The notes under the pieces: model-generated
What the model saw: only the letters and a program-made list of their open reading frames with translations
The model's database searches: none
Told to the model about the DNA's origin: nothing
Translations under genes and position numbers: made by a program
Origin: Pseudohongiellaceae bacterium
GTDB taxonomy: Bacteria; Planctomycetota; B15-G4
Direction of reading: 5' to 3'
DNA length: 56,373 nt
Assembly (NCBI GenBank): GCA_047638635.1
Contig: JBLIMM010000001.1
Span: 1-56,373, forward strand
Shown here: positions 46,724 through 54,959 of the stretch, piece after piece
Numbering within the stretch: position 1 is the stretch's first letter
Layout of the letters: each line of letters starts with the position of its first letter

Positions 46724-47589
46724 GCACAGTGGTTCACGGGTTGTCTTTCGACATCGAAGAAGCGTTCCACGCTCTGAACATGTGGTCGGTGACTCCTCCA
46801 GAAACTTGGTCCGAGCAACCGTCCCGAGTGGTTGCGGTGACCGATCGCATCATGGCCATGCTCGACGAGCACAACGTGAAGGCGACGTTCTTCGTCCTGG
46901 GCCTGGTGGCTGAGCGGCACCCTGAGCTGGTGCGGCGCATCGTGTCCTCTGGGCATGAGCTGGCTTCCCATGGTTACTCCCATCGTATGGCGGGTGACCT
47001 AGGCCCTGACGGTTTCGCCGAGGACATCGCACGTGCTCGCGGCCTCCTCCAAGATCTGTCCGGAGTGCCGGTGGAGGGTTTTCGAGCGTCGACATTTTCT
47101 ATCGGTGCATCGACTCGTTGGGGATTTGAGTCTGTAGCAGCCGCGGGGCACACCTGGGACAGCAGCGTGTTTCCCGTGCGCCACGACCGCTATGGATTCC
47201 CGTCGTTTCCGTCTCACGCCGTGCACTTAGAACTCTCTTCGGCCCAGCCCTTACGGGAGTACCCGTTGCTGACACGGCCTGCCTTTGGTCGACGTTGGCC
47301 TGCGGCTGGTGGGGGCTATCTGCGCCTGCTGCCCACAGCCTTGGTGGACGGAGCGCTGCGTCATTCAGCTGCCCAGGGAGAAGCGGGCGTGGTCTACCTC
47401 CACCCTTGGGAACTCGACCCAGACCAGCCGCGCTACAACTTGGGCGGTTTGCGCACATGGCGTCACTACATGGGTCAGTCGAGAGTGGCAAACCGCCTGG
47501 TCACGCTGCTCAAGCGCCACAGCTTTGGTCCCATCGGCCAGCTGCAGGTCGATGCCTTGCGGACCCTCGACCCGAGCACCTTGGCCTAG
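46720..47589 (+). CDS. polysaccharide deacetylase (NodB family; resembles the PEP-CTERM-locus subfamily)
   Basis: LSFDIEE...ATFFVLGLVAERHPELVRRIVSSGHELASHGYSH carries the NodB motifs. ATGA overlap. Confidence 0.88.
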   Translation: MSTVVHGLSFDIEEAFHALNMWSVTPPETWSEQPSRVVAVTDRIMAMLDEHNVKATFFVLGLVAERHPELVRRIVSSGHELASHGYSHRMAGDLGPDGFAEDIARARGLLQDLSGVPVEGFRASTFSIGASTRWGFESVAAAGHTWDSSVFPVRHDRYGFPSFPSHAVHLELSSAQPLREYPLLTRPAFGRRWPAAGGGYLRLLPTALVDGALRHSAAQGEAGVVYLHPWELDPDQPRYNLGGLRTWRHYMGQSRVANRLVTLLKRHSFGPIGQLQVDALRTLDPSTLA

Positions 47590-47632
47590 GCTTCGCTCCT
47601 GCCGCCGACGGCACTTGGAGCCACGGGAACCC

Positions 47633-50600
47633 TCAGTTGGACGCGGCGTTGGCGACTTTCGTCTCGCCGCCGTCTTGCGCAGCCAGGTTGGCTGTCTCCG
47701 TCGGCTTGGAGACCGCGCACGCCGCAGCGAAGGCTGCGACCCGTCCACGCCCGGGGTGATCTTTTGACGCGGTCTTGAGGAAGTGTTCGAACATGAGCGC
47801 AGCCACATCATTGTACTCTGCGGCGTAGGCCATCCGCCCAATATTGAGCACGGTGTCGGCGGTGATCAGCGGGTTGCTGCGCAGAGCATGGAAGAGTTGA
47901 AGCGCTTCTGTGGTGCGCCCCCGGAGATAGGTTTCCGCAGCCAGAATCTCTACGGCGGACAGAGGCATGGTCGTGGCGTAGGCCGTGCGGATCACCTTGG
48001 CTGCCAGGTGCGGCTGACCCACTTGTTCGAACAGGAGTCGAGCCAAGGCGAGAGGGGGCTCCTTGTCGCCTCGATTCACGAAGGAGAGCACTTCGAGGTA
48101 GCGGCGAGCGAGGTCGAGATGGCCCTCTTCCAATTCAATGTAGGCCAGCTCCCGGTAGATTTGGATATTCCCCGGATCAAGACGCATGCCAACGAGCTGC
48201 AGTTCTCGAGAGAGTTCGAGCAGACCGCTATGCCTGGCGGTGCTCGCTCCGTGCATTAACATGCGGGTGCGTTTACGAGCTTCCTCTGAACCCGGTGGGA
48301 CAAGGTCGGCCGCCATGGTTTTGAGCATGCCGCTGAGGAGCGCGTCGACGCGCTCCGAGTCGCCTTCGTGGGCCCGCGCCAACGTGGCTTGAAGCGCCAG
48401 CTCGCCAGGCATCTCCGCAGCCATTTCCTCCATGACTGCGAGTGTCTCAGGCTTGGGAGAACCCAACTCTGTCAGGGCTGTAGCCGACAGGGCCTTCAGT
48501 GCGCTGTTCTCAGGGTGAGCTGTGCGAGCTTGAGAGATGGTCGCGACGAGTTCGCCTTGGAACCTCAGCGACGCGAGTGTTTCGATGAGTCCGTACAAGC
48601 CATCAGCATCGTCGGGGTTTCGCTCCAAGAACTGCTCGTAAATGTCTCGAGCTTCTTTGGGATAACCCCGTTCCAGAAGAGTGCGGCCCAAGATCACGTG
48701 AATGCTGTCGTCGCCCGTGGCCAAGGCTAGGGCTAAACCGAATCCCCATTCTTCTTTGCCGTAGGCCTCGGTCGCTGTGAGGAACAGCTCAATGCCATGG
48801 TGGTTGAGATCGCCACCGGCGAGAAACTCTGCTAAGAGTTCGAGGGCTTCTCGCGGGTGCTCTGCCGCGAGTTCGGATTCGGCCACCCGAAGGGAGGGCG
48901 CCAGCATGCTGGGGATTAACGAAAGAACGTGCTTGGCGAGGAAGAGTGACTCCCGCTCCCAAAACGCACGGTCATCCATGAGCAGCATGAGCAGCAGTGA
49001 CTCACCGGCCAGCTTCGCGCTCTCGGGGTTTTCTCGAGCCAAGCTGAGAAAACGTTCGACGTCTCCGCCGCCGTGGGGATAGGCAGCCCGTGGGTCGTCG
49101 ACCACTTGAGCGGGGAACACCGAGTCTAGCCTTGAGATGTACGGCAACAGCCGCAACATGGCGTCGATGAGCTCGAGGCTTTCAGGCTCAAAGTGCTCGT
49201 CCATGCCGAGCTCGCGCAGATAGGACGTGGGCACGCTGTCGAAGACGGTACGGCTTCCGCTGAGCGCTCCGCCCACGGCCAAACAGAGATCTTGCTCGGC
49301 GGTTTGATCTTCTGGCACGGAAGCAAGGTTGAGTCGACGATTTGCCTCGGAGGTACGGCCGTCCAACGACATCAAGATAAAACTGTCTCGCAGGGCGCGG
49401 CCACTGTGGGCAAGGGCCAGCAGGGAGTCTGCTTCGTCCACTTGGCCCAAGGCCTTCGCCGCCTGAGCTAACGGGGCCAAGGCCGAACGAACTGCCGGGA
49501 GGTGCCGATTCTCTTGAGGGAAGACAGAGAGCAACTCTTCATACAGTTCTGCTGTGATGAGCCGTTCGCAAAGCAGCTCAATCTGGTCGGGGAAGAGCCC
49601 TGTGCTCAGCGGGCGAAGAATCTCAATCGCGGAGCCGACGATGTTGTCTTGCTCCCTGGCGAGACCCAGTTCGAGACCCACAAGAGCGACTTCTTCAGGG
49701 TGGTGGGGCAGGGCGCTCAAAGCCATCAGCAAGCCTGAGGCCTGGTTCAGTTCGCCTGCGGCAATCCGAGCACGGGCGAGCATCAGCAGTACGTCAATGC
49801 TGGCCTCGCCACCCGCTGCAGCGACGACCCGTTCTAGGGTGCGTGCCGCTTGAAGAGGCTGCTCCCGCTGGAGTTGTTGGCTCGCGTATCGGACAGCACC
49901 CACGCCCTGAGGGTTCTGCAAGATCATCGTGTTGACTAGGTCGGACGCCGCGTCATGGTGTCCCAAGACGACTTCCACGCGCAGGGCCAGGTCGAGCGCC
50001 TCGGTGTCTCCAGGCACGTCCTCGAGGAGCTGAAGGAAGTCGGCCACGGCTGCCTCCAGTTTGCCCTCGCGCACAAGCAGCCGGGCCAAGCGGTAGCGGA
50101 ACTCTTGAACCTGCGGATGGGCTTGGAGGAGCTGGCGGGCGTCATTACGCGCACGCTCAAGATCGTTCCGCTCAATGCGCGCCAGCACCACTGCAAAGGC
50201 GAGAGCCGGGTCTTGATTCGGGAAAGACTCAGAGGCGGAGGGGCTGCGGATAGGCATGCGCTTCGAGCGACGGTTCACGGTGCTCGACTCGAAAGCTGCG
50301 GCCAGCGCGGCGTTGCGCAAAATCCGTTCGCTGTCGATGAGTTCTTCGGCTCGTTCCTCTAGGCTGCGGTTGTACCGTTGCGCTGAGAGTTCGTTGGCGC
50401 AAGTTCGCCAAAGTTCAAAATCGGTCCCGTTGCGGGTGTGCTGCGTGAGCAAGGCGAGAGCGTCTTGCATGGCGCCCTCGTGGGCACCTTGCTCCCGTTG
50501 AATGGCGATCCGTTGCCGGCGGGCCACCTGGTCTTCGGGGAACTGCATCAGCAGTGCATCCAGCGCTGAGAGGTCGAGATTCTGTTCGCTGCTCAGGTCT

Positions 50601-51871
50601 TTGGTCGCGGCAAAGATCTCAACGGCCGTTTGCAGGATGTGATGACGCCGGGTGGGCTCCTCACGCACTGAGTTCGGCATGAGCGAACCCAGGCTGATCA
50701 GCTGGTAAGGGTCTTTGATGCCCTCAAGTGCAGCTTCGAGATCTCCCGAGTGAAACAACGCAGCCGCTTTAGCGAAACGTTGATAGGGGTCGTTGCTCAT
50801 CAGTTTGGCCATGCGCTGATTCTGAGCCAGCAGCCAATCCCAGTCTTGGTCTTTGAGACGTTGCTCGAGCAGCGCCGCGAGGAAGCGAGGGGGGGCCCAG
50901 GCGCCGCGCCTCTCTACCCAAAGGTCGACGATGCTCTCGTAGCGGTCTGCTGCGAGGCCGGGCTCGCCCATCGCTTCAGCGCAAAGGGCCTGCACCCTGA
51001 GCATCTCTTGCCTGACGGTGATGTTCGCCGTGTCGTGGAGAAGTGCCAGCGCCGATTCAATCCAGGCTTCGAAGAGCCGCCCCGAACGGAGCAATGAATC
51101 GGTGTACGCCTGCGCCACACCTGCGTCAAAGCCTTCGAAATAGCGGTAGTCCGCCATGGACTGAGAGGCTGCCAGAAACCGATCGCGAGCGTTGGTCAGG
51201 TTTTGACGGAGGGTTTCCCGGGTCAACAGATCGGCGTCTGCATCCAAAAAGTCGACCAAGGGCTCCACGTCGGGAGTCCCCCAGAGGTCGGTGACAAAGG
51301 CCTCGATGCGCCGTTCAATTTCGAATTCGGCGCTCCCCTTGTCTGACCCCACGTACTCACTGGTGACACTCTTTTGGGCTGAAAGGGAGCCCTTGTACTG
51401 CGCGGCTCCCAGTTGCAAGGGAAGGGCGCCGTTTGTGGGCTGGATTTCGCAGACCTGTTGGGCATAGTCGATCGCCTCGTCGTACAGGTCTTCGTTGATC
51501 AGGTAGTTCACCGCCATGCGCAGGGCAGCCACTTTTTGCCCCGGGGATCTCGCTGCCGCAGCGGCTTGGTCAAGGTGCGCAACCGCCTGATCGAAGTTGC
51601 GCAGATCAGCCCAAGCCCGGGCCGCCTGCAGCAACCCCTGAAAGTGCTCGGGGTCCCGGCTGAGCAAGGGCTCAAGGTACTGCAGGGCAGAGCGCGGGTC
51701 TTTGGGGATGCCATGATCAGGGTCGCCGACGCGGATGATGCCCGCCTCGGCGACGATCGAGTCGTCCGCTTGGCCCAGGGCCAAGTGCAGCCGGTGAGCC
51801 ACGCCCCCAATGATGGCCGCTGCCAGGATCCACGGGAGCGATCGGAGGATGGAGCGGTTGCGCCGAATCAT
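47633..51871 (-). CDS. very large membrane-anchored TPR-repeat protein
   Basis: About 1412 aa. N-terminal TM (LPWILAAAIIGGVA), then continuous TPR-like helical repeats. ATG 51871 is preferred, with TTG 51877 as an alternative. Confidence 0.8.
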   Translation of the reverse strand: MIRRNRSILRSLPWILAAAIIGGVAHRLHLALGQADDSIVAEAGIIRVGDPDHGIPKDPRSALQYLEPLLSRDPEHFQGLLQAARAWADLRNFDQAVAHLDQAAAAARSPGQKVAALRMAVNYLINEDLYDEAIDYAQQVCEIQPTNGALPLQLGAAQYKGSLSAQKSVTSEYVGSDKGSAEFEIERRIEAFVTDLWGTPDVEPLVDFLDADADLLTRETLRQNLTNARDRFLAASQSMADYRYFEGFDAGVAQAYTDSLLRSGRLFEAWIESALALLHDTANITVRQEMLRVQALCAEAMGEPGLAADRYESIVDLWVERRGAWAPPRFLAALLEQRLKDQDWDWLLAQNQRMAKLMSNDPYQRFAKAAALFHSGDLEAALEGIKDPYQLISLGSLMPNSVREEPTRRHHILQTAVEIFAATKDLSSEQNLDLSALDALLMQFPEDQVARRQRIAIQREQGAHEGAMQDALALLTQHTRNGTDFELWRTCANELSAQRYNRSLEERAEELIDSERILRNAALAAAFESSTVNRRSKRMPIRSPSASESFPNQDPALAFAVVLARIERNDLERARNDARQLLQAHPQVQEFRYRLARLLVREGKLEAAVADFLQLLEDVPGDTEALDLALRVEVVLGHHDAASDLVNTMILQNPQGVGAVRYASQQLQREQPLQAARTLERVVAAAGGEASIDVLLMLARARIAAGELNQASGLLMALSALPHHPEEVALVGLELGLAREQDNIVGSAIEILRPLSTGLFPDQIELLCERLITAELYEELLSVFPQENRHLPAVRSALAPLAQAAKALGQVDEADSLLALAHSGRALRDSFILMSLDGRTSEANRRLNLASVPEDQTAEQDLCLAVGGALSGSRTVFDSVPTSYLRELGMDEHFEPESLELIDAMLRLLPYISRLDSVFPAQVVDDPRAAYPHGGGDVERFLSLARENPESAKLAGESLLLMLLMDDRAFWERESLFLAKHVLSLIPSMLAPSLRVAESELAAEHPREALELLAEFLAGGDLNHHGIELFLTATEAYGKEEWGFGLALALATGDDSIHVILGRTLLERGYPKEARDIYEQFLERNPDDADGLYGLIETLASLRFQGELVATISQARTAHPENSALKALSATALTELGSPKPETLAVMEEMAAEMPGELALQATLARAHEGDSERVDALLSGMLKTMAADLVPPGSEEARKRTRMLMHGASTARHSGLLELSRELQLVGMRLDPGNIQIYRELAYIELEEGHLDLARRYLEVLSFVNRGDKEPPLALARLLFEQVGQPHLAAKVIRTAYATTMPLSAVEILAAETYLRGRTTEALQLFHALRSNPLITADTVLNIGRMAYAAEYNDVAALMFEHFLKTASKDHPGRGRVAAFAAACAVSKPTETANLAAQDGGETKVANAASN

Positions 51872-51929
51872 GACCAACTCTCAGCCAAGGGCGGTTGGCC
51901 CGAGGTGGCTGGGCTCACGGCGCGAGCAC

Positions 51930-52964
51930 TCACGAGGGGAACTCGAAAGTCGCCTGAGTTTCGTCCGGAAGCAGCGCTTCGATGAGCAGCTGTCCGTCTG
52001 GAAGTTGCCGGGCGCGGAGGTCGCCACGATGGCGCACGAAGGCGTTGCGGGCCGAGGTGAGGCTGATTCCCTCTGGGAGCCCCAAGGCCTGGCGGGCCCA
52101 AAGCGGTGTGAACAGTCGACCTGCGGCGTCTGCGGGAAGCCGCGGCGTGGGGGCCCGCTGGCGGATGACCAAGCCCTGACCTTCCAGGGGCCGAGCCTCA
52201 ATCGTCAGCATGTGATTTTCGTGGCCTGCCCGCAGGAGGTACTCCCACACATCGGCCAGAGCCTCACTGAGCACCATCGTGTCCATGGTGGCTGGAACGT
52301 CCTCGCAGGAGACAACGAGTCGCCCTACCAAGGCGGGCTGGCGACCCTCGAGCCGCAGCCGGCTCTGCTCGAGCAGATGGGCCAATCCGCTGGGACCTGC
52401 CATCACAGGCTTGCGCTCGGCTGCCTTCGCTACGTCCCGAACTACCGATTGGATGCGCCTCGCGGACTCTTCGATGAGCTGTAAATGGCTACGTACGGAC
52501 TCCATATCATCATCGACACGGAGTAACTCGAGCTGGAGGAAGAGCGCCGTGAGCGGGTTCCCTATCTCGTGGCAGAGGCCCGCAGCCAGGTCTTCAAGGA
52601 TGCCCTCGGCCAAGGGTGCGACCAGGGCCCGGGCGCACCAGCGGACCACGTCCTCAAGGAACATGGGCGCAGTAAAGACCGAATCGCAGTGGGGCGGGGC
52701 CTCTGCGCCCGCAGCCACCAAGGCCAGGGTACGGACCCCGGGCTGCTCGGCACGTAGCCGAACGGCAGCATCACAAAGGGCGTAGGAGGCCGAGCGCAAA
52801 TCGAGCACCAGAATGGCTCGTGGATGTGCCGAAAAGGCGGCTCGGGCCTGGGCCTGGTCCGTCACCAGACGTACCGATCCGATACCTGCCTCGAGGGCAC
52901 TCCCTAGGGCCATGGCGTCGCCGTTGCGCTCAGGTGCAAGGACGATGACGGTCATGCCCTTCAT
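51930..52964 (-). CDS. cytoplasmic receiver-like / HisKA protein with degenerate ATPase domain (pseudo-histidine kinase)
   Basis: N-terminal CheY-like segment (VIVLAP...ILVLDLRS). H-box LCHEIGNPLTALFLQLELL. The C-terminal region aligns to HATPase_c but lacks DxGxG and GxGxG. Start at ATG 52964 or 52955. The 53135 ORF extension overlaps the divergent gene. Confidence 0.7.
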   Translation of the reverse strand: MKGMTVIVLAPERNGDAMALGSALEAGIGSVRLVTDQAQARAAFSAHPRAILVLDLRSASYALCDAAVRLRAEQPGVRTLALVAAGAEAPPHCDSVFTAPMFLEDVVRWCARALVAPLAEGILEDLAAGLCHEIGNPLTALFLQLELLRVDDDMESVRSHLQLIEESARRIQSVVRDVAKAAERKPVMAGPSGLAHLLEQSRLRLEGRQPALVGRLVVSCEDVPATMDTMVLSEALADVWEYLLRAGHENHMLTIEARPLEGQGLVIRQRAPTPRLPADAAGRLFTPLWARQALGLPEGISLTSARNAFVRHRGDLRARQLPDGQLLIEALLPDETQATFEFPS

Positions 52965-53004
52965 CCTACCGTCCCAGGCGTTAGGATGCCTGCCTCCGGG
53001 TTCA

Positions 53005-53964
53005 TTGAGATTGTCGTTGGTCCAGCTGTCCATCATTATCCCTGTGTACAACGAGGCCGGTTCCATCGGCCGACTCCTGACGGAACTCGAGTCCGTCCTC
53101 GATGGAGTTCCACAGACTTCTGAAATCATCGTCATTGACGACGGCAGCGCTGACGAAACTTTGCAGGCTCTTGATCAGCATCGCCGCTCAAGTCATCGCC
53201 TGCGCATCCTCGCCTTGCGCCGGAACTTTGGACAAACCGCTGCCATGGCCGCAGGTTTTCATCGAGCCGAAGGCGAAGTGCTGGTCACGATGGACGGGGA
53301 CGGTCAGAACGACCCCTCCGACATCCCTGGTTTGCTCGCAGACCTCGATCTGGGCTTCGATATCGTGAGTGGCTGGCGCAAGAACCGTCGGGACAGCTTT
53401 GTCAGCAGAACCCTGCCGTCCCGTGCCGCCAACCGTATTTTGGCCGAGGTCACCGGAGTTCATCTGCACGACTTCGGCTGCACCCTCAAGGCCTACCGCT
53501 TCAGTTTCATTAGCCGGGTGCACCTTTACTCCGACATGCACCGCTTTATCCCTGGCTTGGGGGCTGCTGTGGGGGCTCGGGTGGGTGAGCGAGTGGTACA
53601 GCACCATCCCCGGCGCGAAGGAGTCAGCAAGTACGGCATCGGGCGCACCTTTAAGCTGCTCACCGATATGGTCGTGCTGCAGCTGCTGGTGCGTTTTAGC
53701 TCGCTGCCCCTGCACTACTTTGGCTTGATGTCCATCGTCACGTTGTTCGGTGCGGTGGGGCTGGTGTTCTTGGCCTTCGTGGATACCACCTCCATGAGGT
53801 TGGTGAACTATTCCACCGTGATCATGCCCGCCGTGGCTGTGCTGGCCTTTGGCCTGTCGGTCTATCTCTTGATGATGGGACTTCTTTGCGAGTTGGCCTT
53901 GCGTACAGGCCCCACGCGAAAGACTCTCTATGCCCCTATGATTCGCCACGAGGAATTGGGTTGA
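53005..53964 (+). CDS. GT2 polyprenyl-phosphate glycosyltransferase (ArnC/GtrB/DPM1-like)
   Basis: LSIIIPVYNE, IIVIDDGSADET, VTMDGDGQNDPSDI, and two C-terminal TMs. The start is uncertain: TTG 53005, 53011 or 53017, or ATG 52945 or 52954. Confidence 0.85.
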   Translation: MRLSLVQLSIIIPVYNEAGSIGRLLTELESVLDGVPQTSEIIVIDDGSADETLQALDQHRRSSHRLRILALRRNFGQTAAMAAGFHRAEGEVLVTMDGDGQNDPSDIPGLLADLDLGFDIVSGWRKNRRDSFVSRTLPSRAANRILAEVTGVHLHDFGCTLKAYRFSFISRVHLYSDMHRFIPGLGAAVGARVGERVVQHHPRREGVSKYGIGRTFKLLTDMVVLQLLVRFSSLPLHYFGLMSIVTLFGAVGLVFLAFVDTTSMRLVNYSTVIMPAVAVLAFGLSVYLLMMGLLCELALRTGPTRKTLYAPMIRHEELG

Positions 53965-54959
53965 ACAGTGCCGTTGACGTAAGCGCCGTGCTGGCCTTGC
54001 AGGACGATTGCCCCGATTTGGGCGAAATCATCCGGCAATATTCGATCGAGTTTGACGACCGTGGCGTGAGCTACGAGTTCGTCCTGGTGCTCGATGGCCT
54101 GGGAGATGCTCGTACACAGCGCATCCGCGAGGCGATCCCCACCGGCGCCCCGGTGCGTATGGCCCATTTCAATCAGGCTTTTGGAGAAGAGCGGGCCCTG
54201 GCAGTGGGTTATCGAACCGCTCACGGCAAGGTTGTGGTGGCCCTCCCCTCCTACATGCAACTCGACCCTGGAGACATCCATCACGTCTTGGATGCCTTGG
54301 GCTCTGGCTACGACTTGGTCGTGGGTTGGCGTGTGCCCCGGGTGGACCCGCGGACCAATCGGGTACAGTCATGGTTCTACAACCGAGCCATGAGCGCGCT
54401 CACAGGGGTCAGGCTTCACGATCTCAACTGCGGCCTGACTGGCATGAACAAGCACGTGGTCGACGAGGTTTTGGTCGAAGGCAACGTCTCGCGCTTCTTG
54501 CCTGTGCTCGCCCACCGTCAAGGCTTCAAGGTAGGCGAGGTGCGCCTTCGCCACCTGCGTGAGAAGGGCCGCAGTGGTTTCTTTGGCCTCGGCGTTTACA
54601 TGCGCCGGGTGCTCGACGTGGTGGCCCTCCTCTTCATCACCCGCTTTACCCGCAAGCCCCTGCGATTCTTCGGCATGGCCGGTGGGTTGAGTGTGCTGGT
54701 GGGTGCCACCATCTGCGCCTGGCTGTTCGCTGAGTATTTGCTCGGCAGCACTCAGGCTGACCCGCGCAACCGCGCCTCGCTGGTCATCGGCATGTCGCTC
54801 ATTGTCCTGGGGGTTCAGGTGTTCGCCCTCGGCCTTGTGGGTGAGATCATCATCTTCACCAGCGCTCACAGAGTGCAGGACTACGCTGTGGATCAAGACT
54901 TAGGGCCTTCCCTGACGGAACCTGGAGCTGAGACCGGGGAGCAGCAGCCTCTCTCGTGA
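53961..54959 (+). CDS. GT2-like paralogue with degenerate catalytic motifs (ArnC/GtrB-like fold, two C-terminal TMs)
   Basis: It aligns along its length to the preceding GT2, but PVYNE is replaced by ALQDD and DGDGQ by PSYMQ. TTG 53961 overlaps the upstream stop (TTGA), with agga 7 nt upstream. Confidence 0.75.
   Translation: MNSAVDVSAVLALQDDCPDLGEIIRQYSIEFDDRGVSYEFVLVLDGLGDARTQRIREAIPTGAPVRMAHFNQAFGEERALAVGYRTAHGKVVVALPSYMQLDPGDIHHVLDALGSGYDLVVGWRVPRVDPRTNRVQSWFYNRAMSALTGVRLHDLNCGLTGMNKHVVDEVLVEGNVSRFLPVLAHRQGFKVGEVRLRHLREKGRSGFFGLGVYMRRVLDVVALLFITRFTRKPLRFFGMAGGLSVLVGATICAWLFAEYLLGSTQADPRNRASLVIGMSLIVLGVQVFALGLVGEIIIFTSAHRVQDYAVDQDLGPSLTEPGAETGEQQPLS

Noticed and set aside
52813-53135. Mutually overlapping long 5' extensions of the divergent GT2 (plus) and HisKA (minus) ORFs.
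   Set aside because: Family-typical N-termini begin much later (LSIIIPVYNE and MKGMTVIVL). The extensions would make the two genes overlap by about 320 nt.
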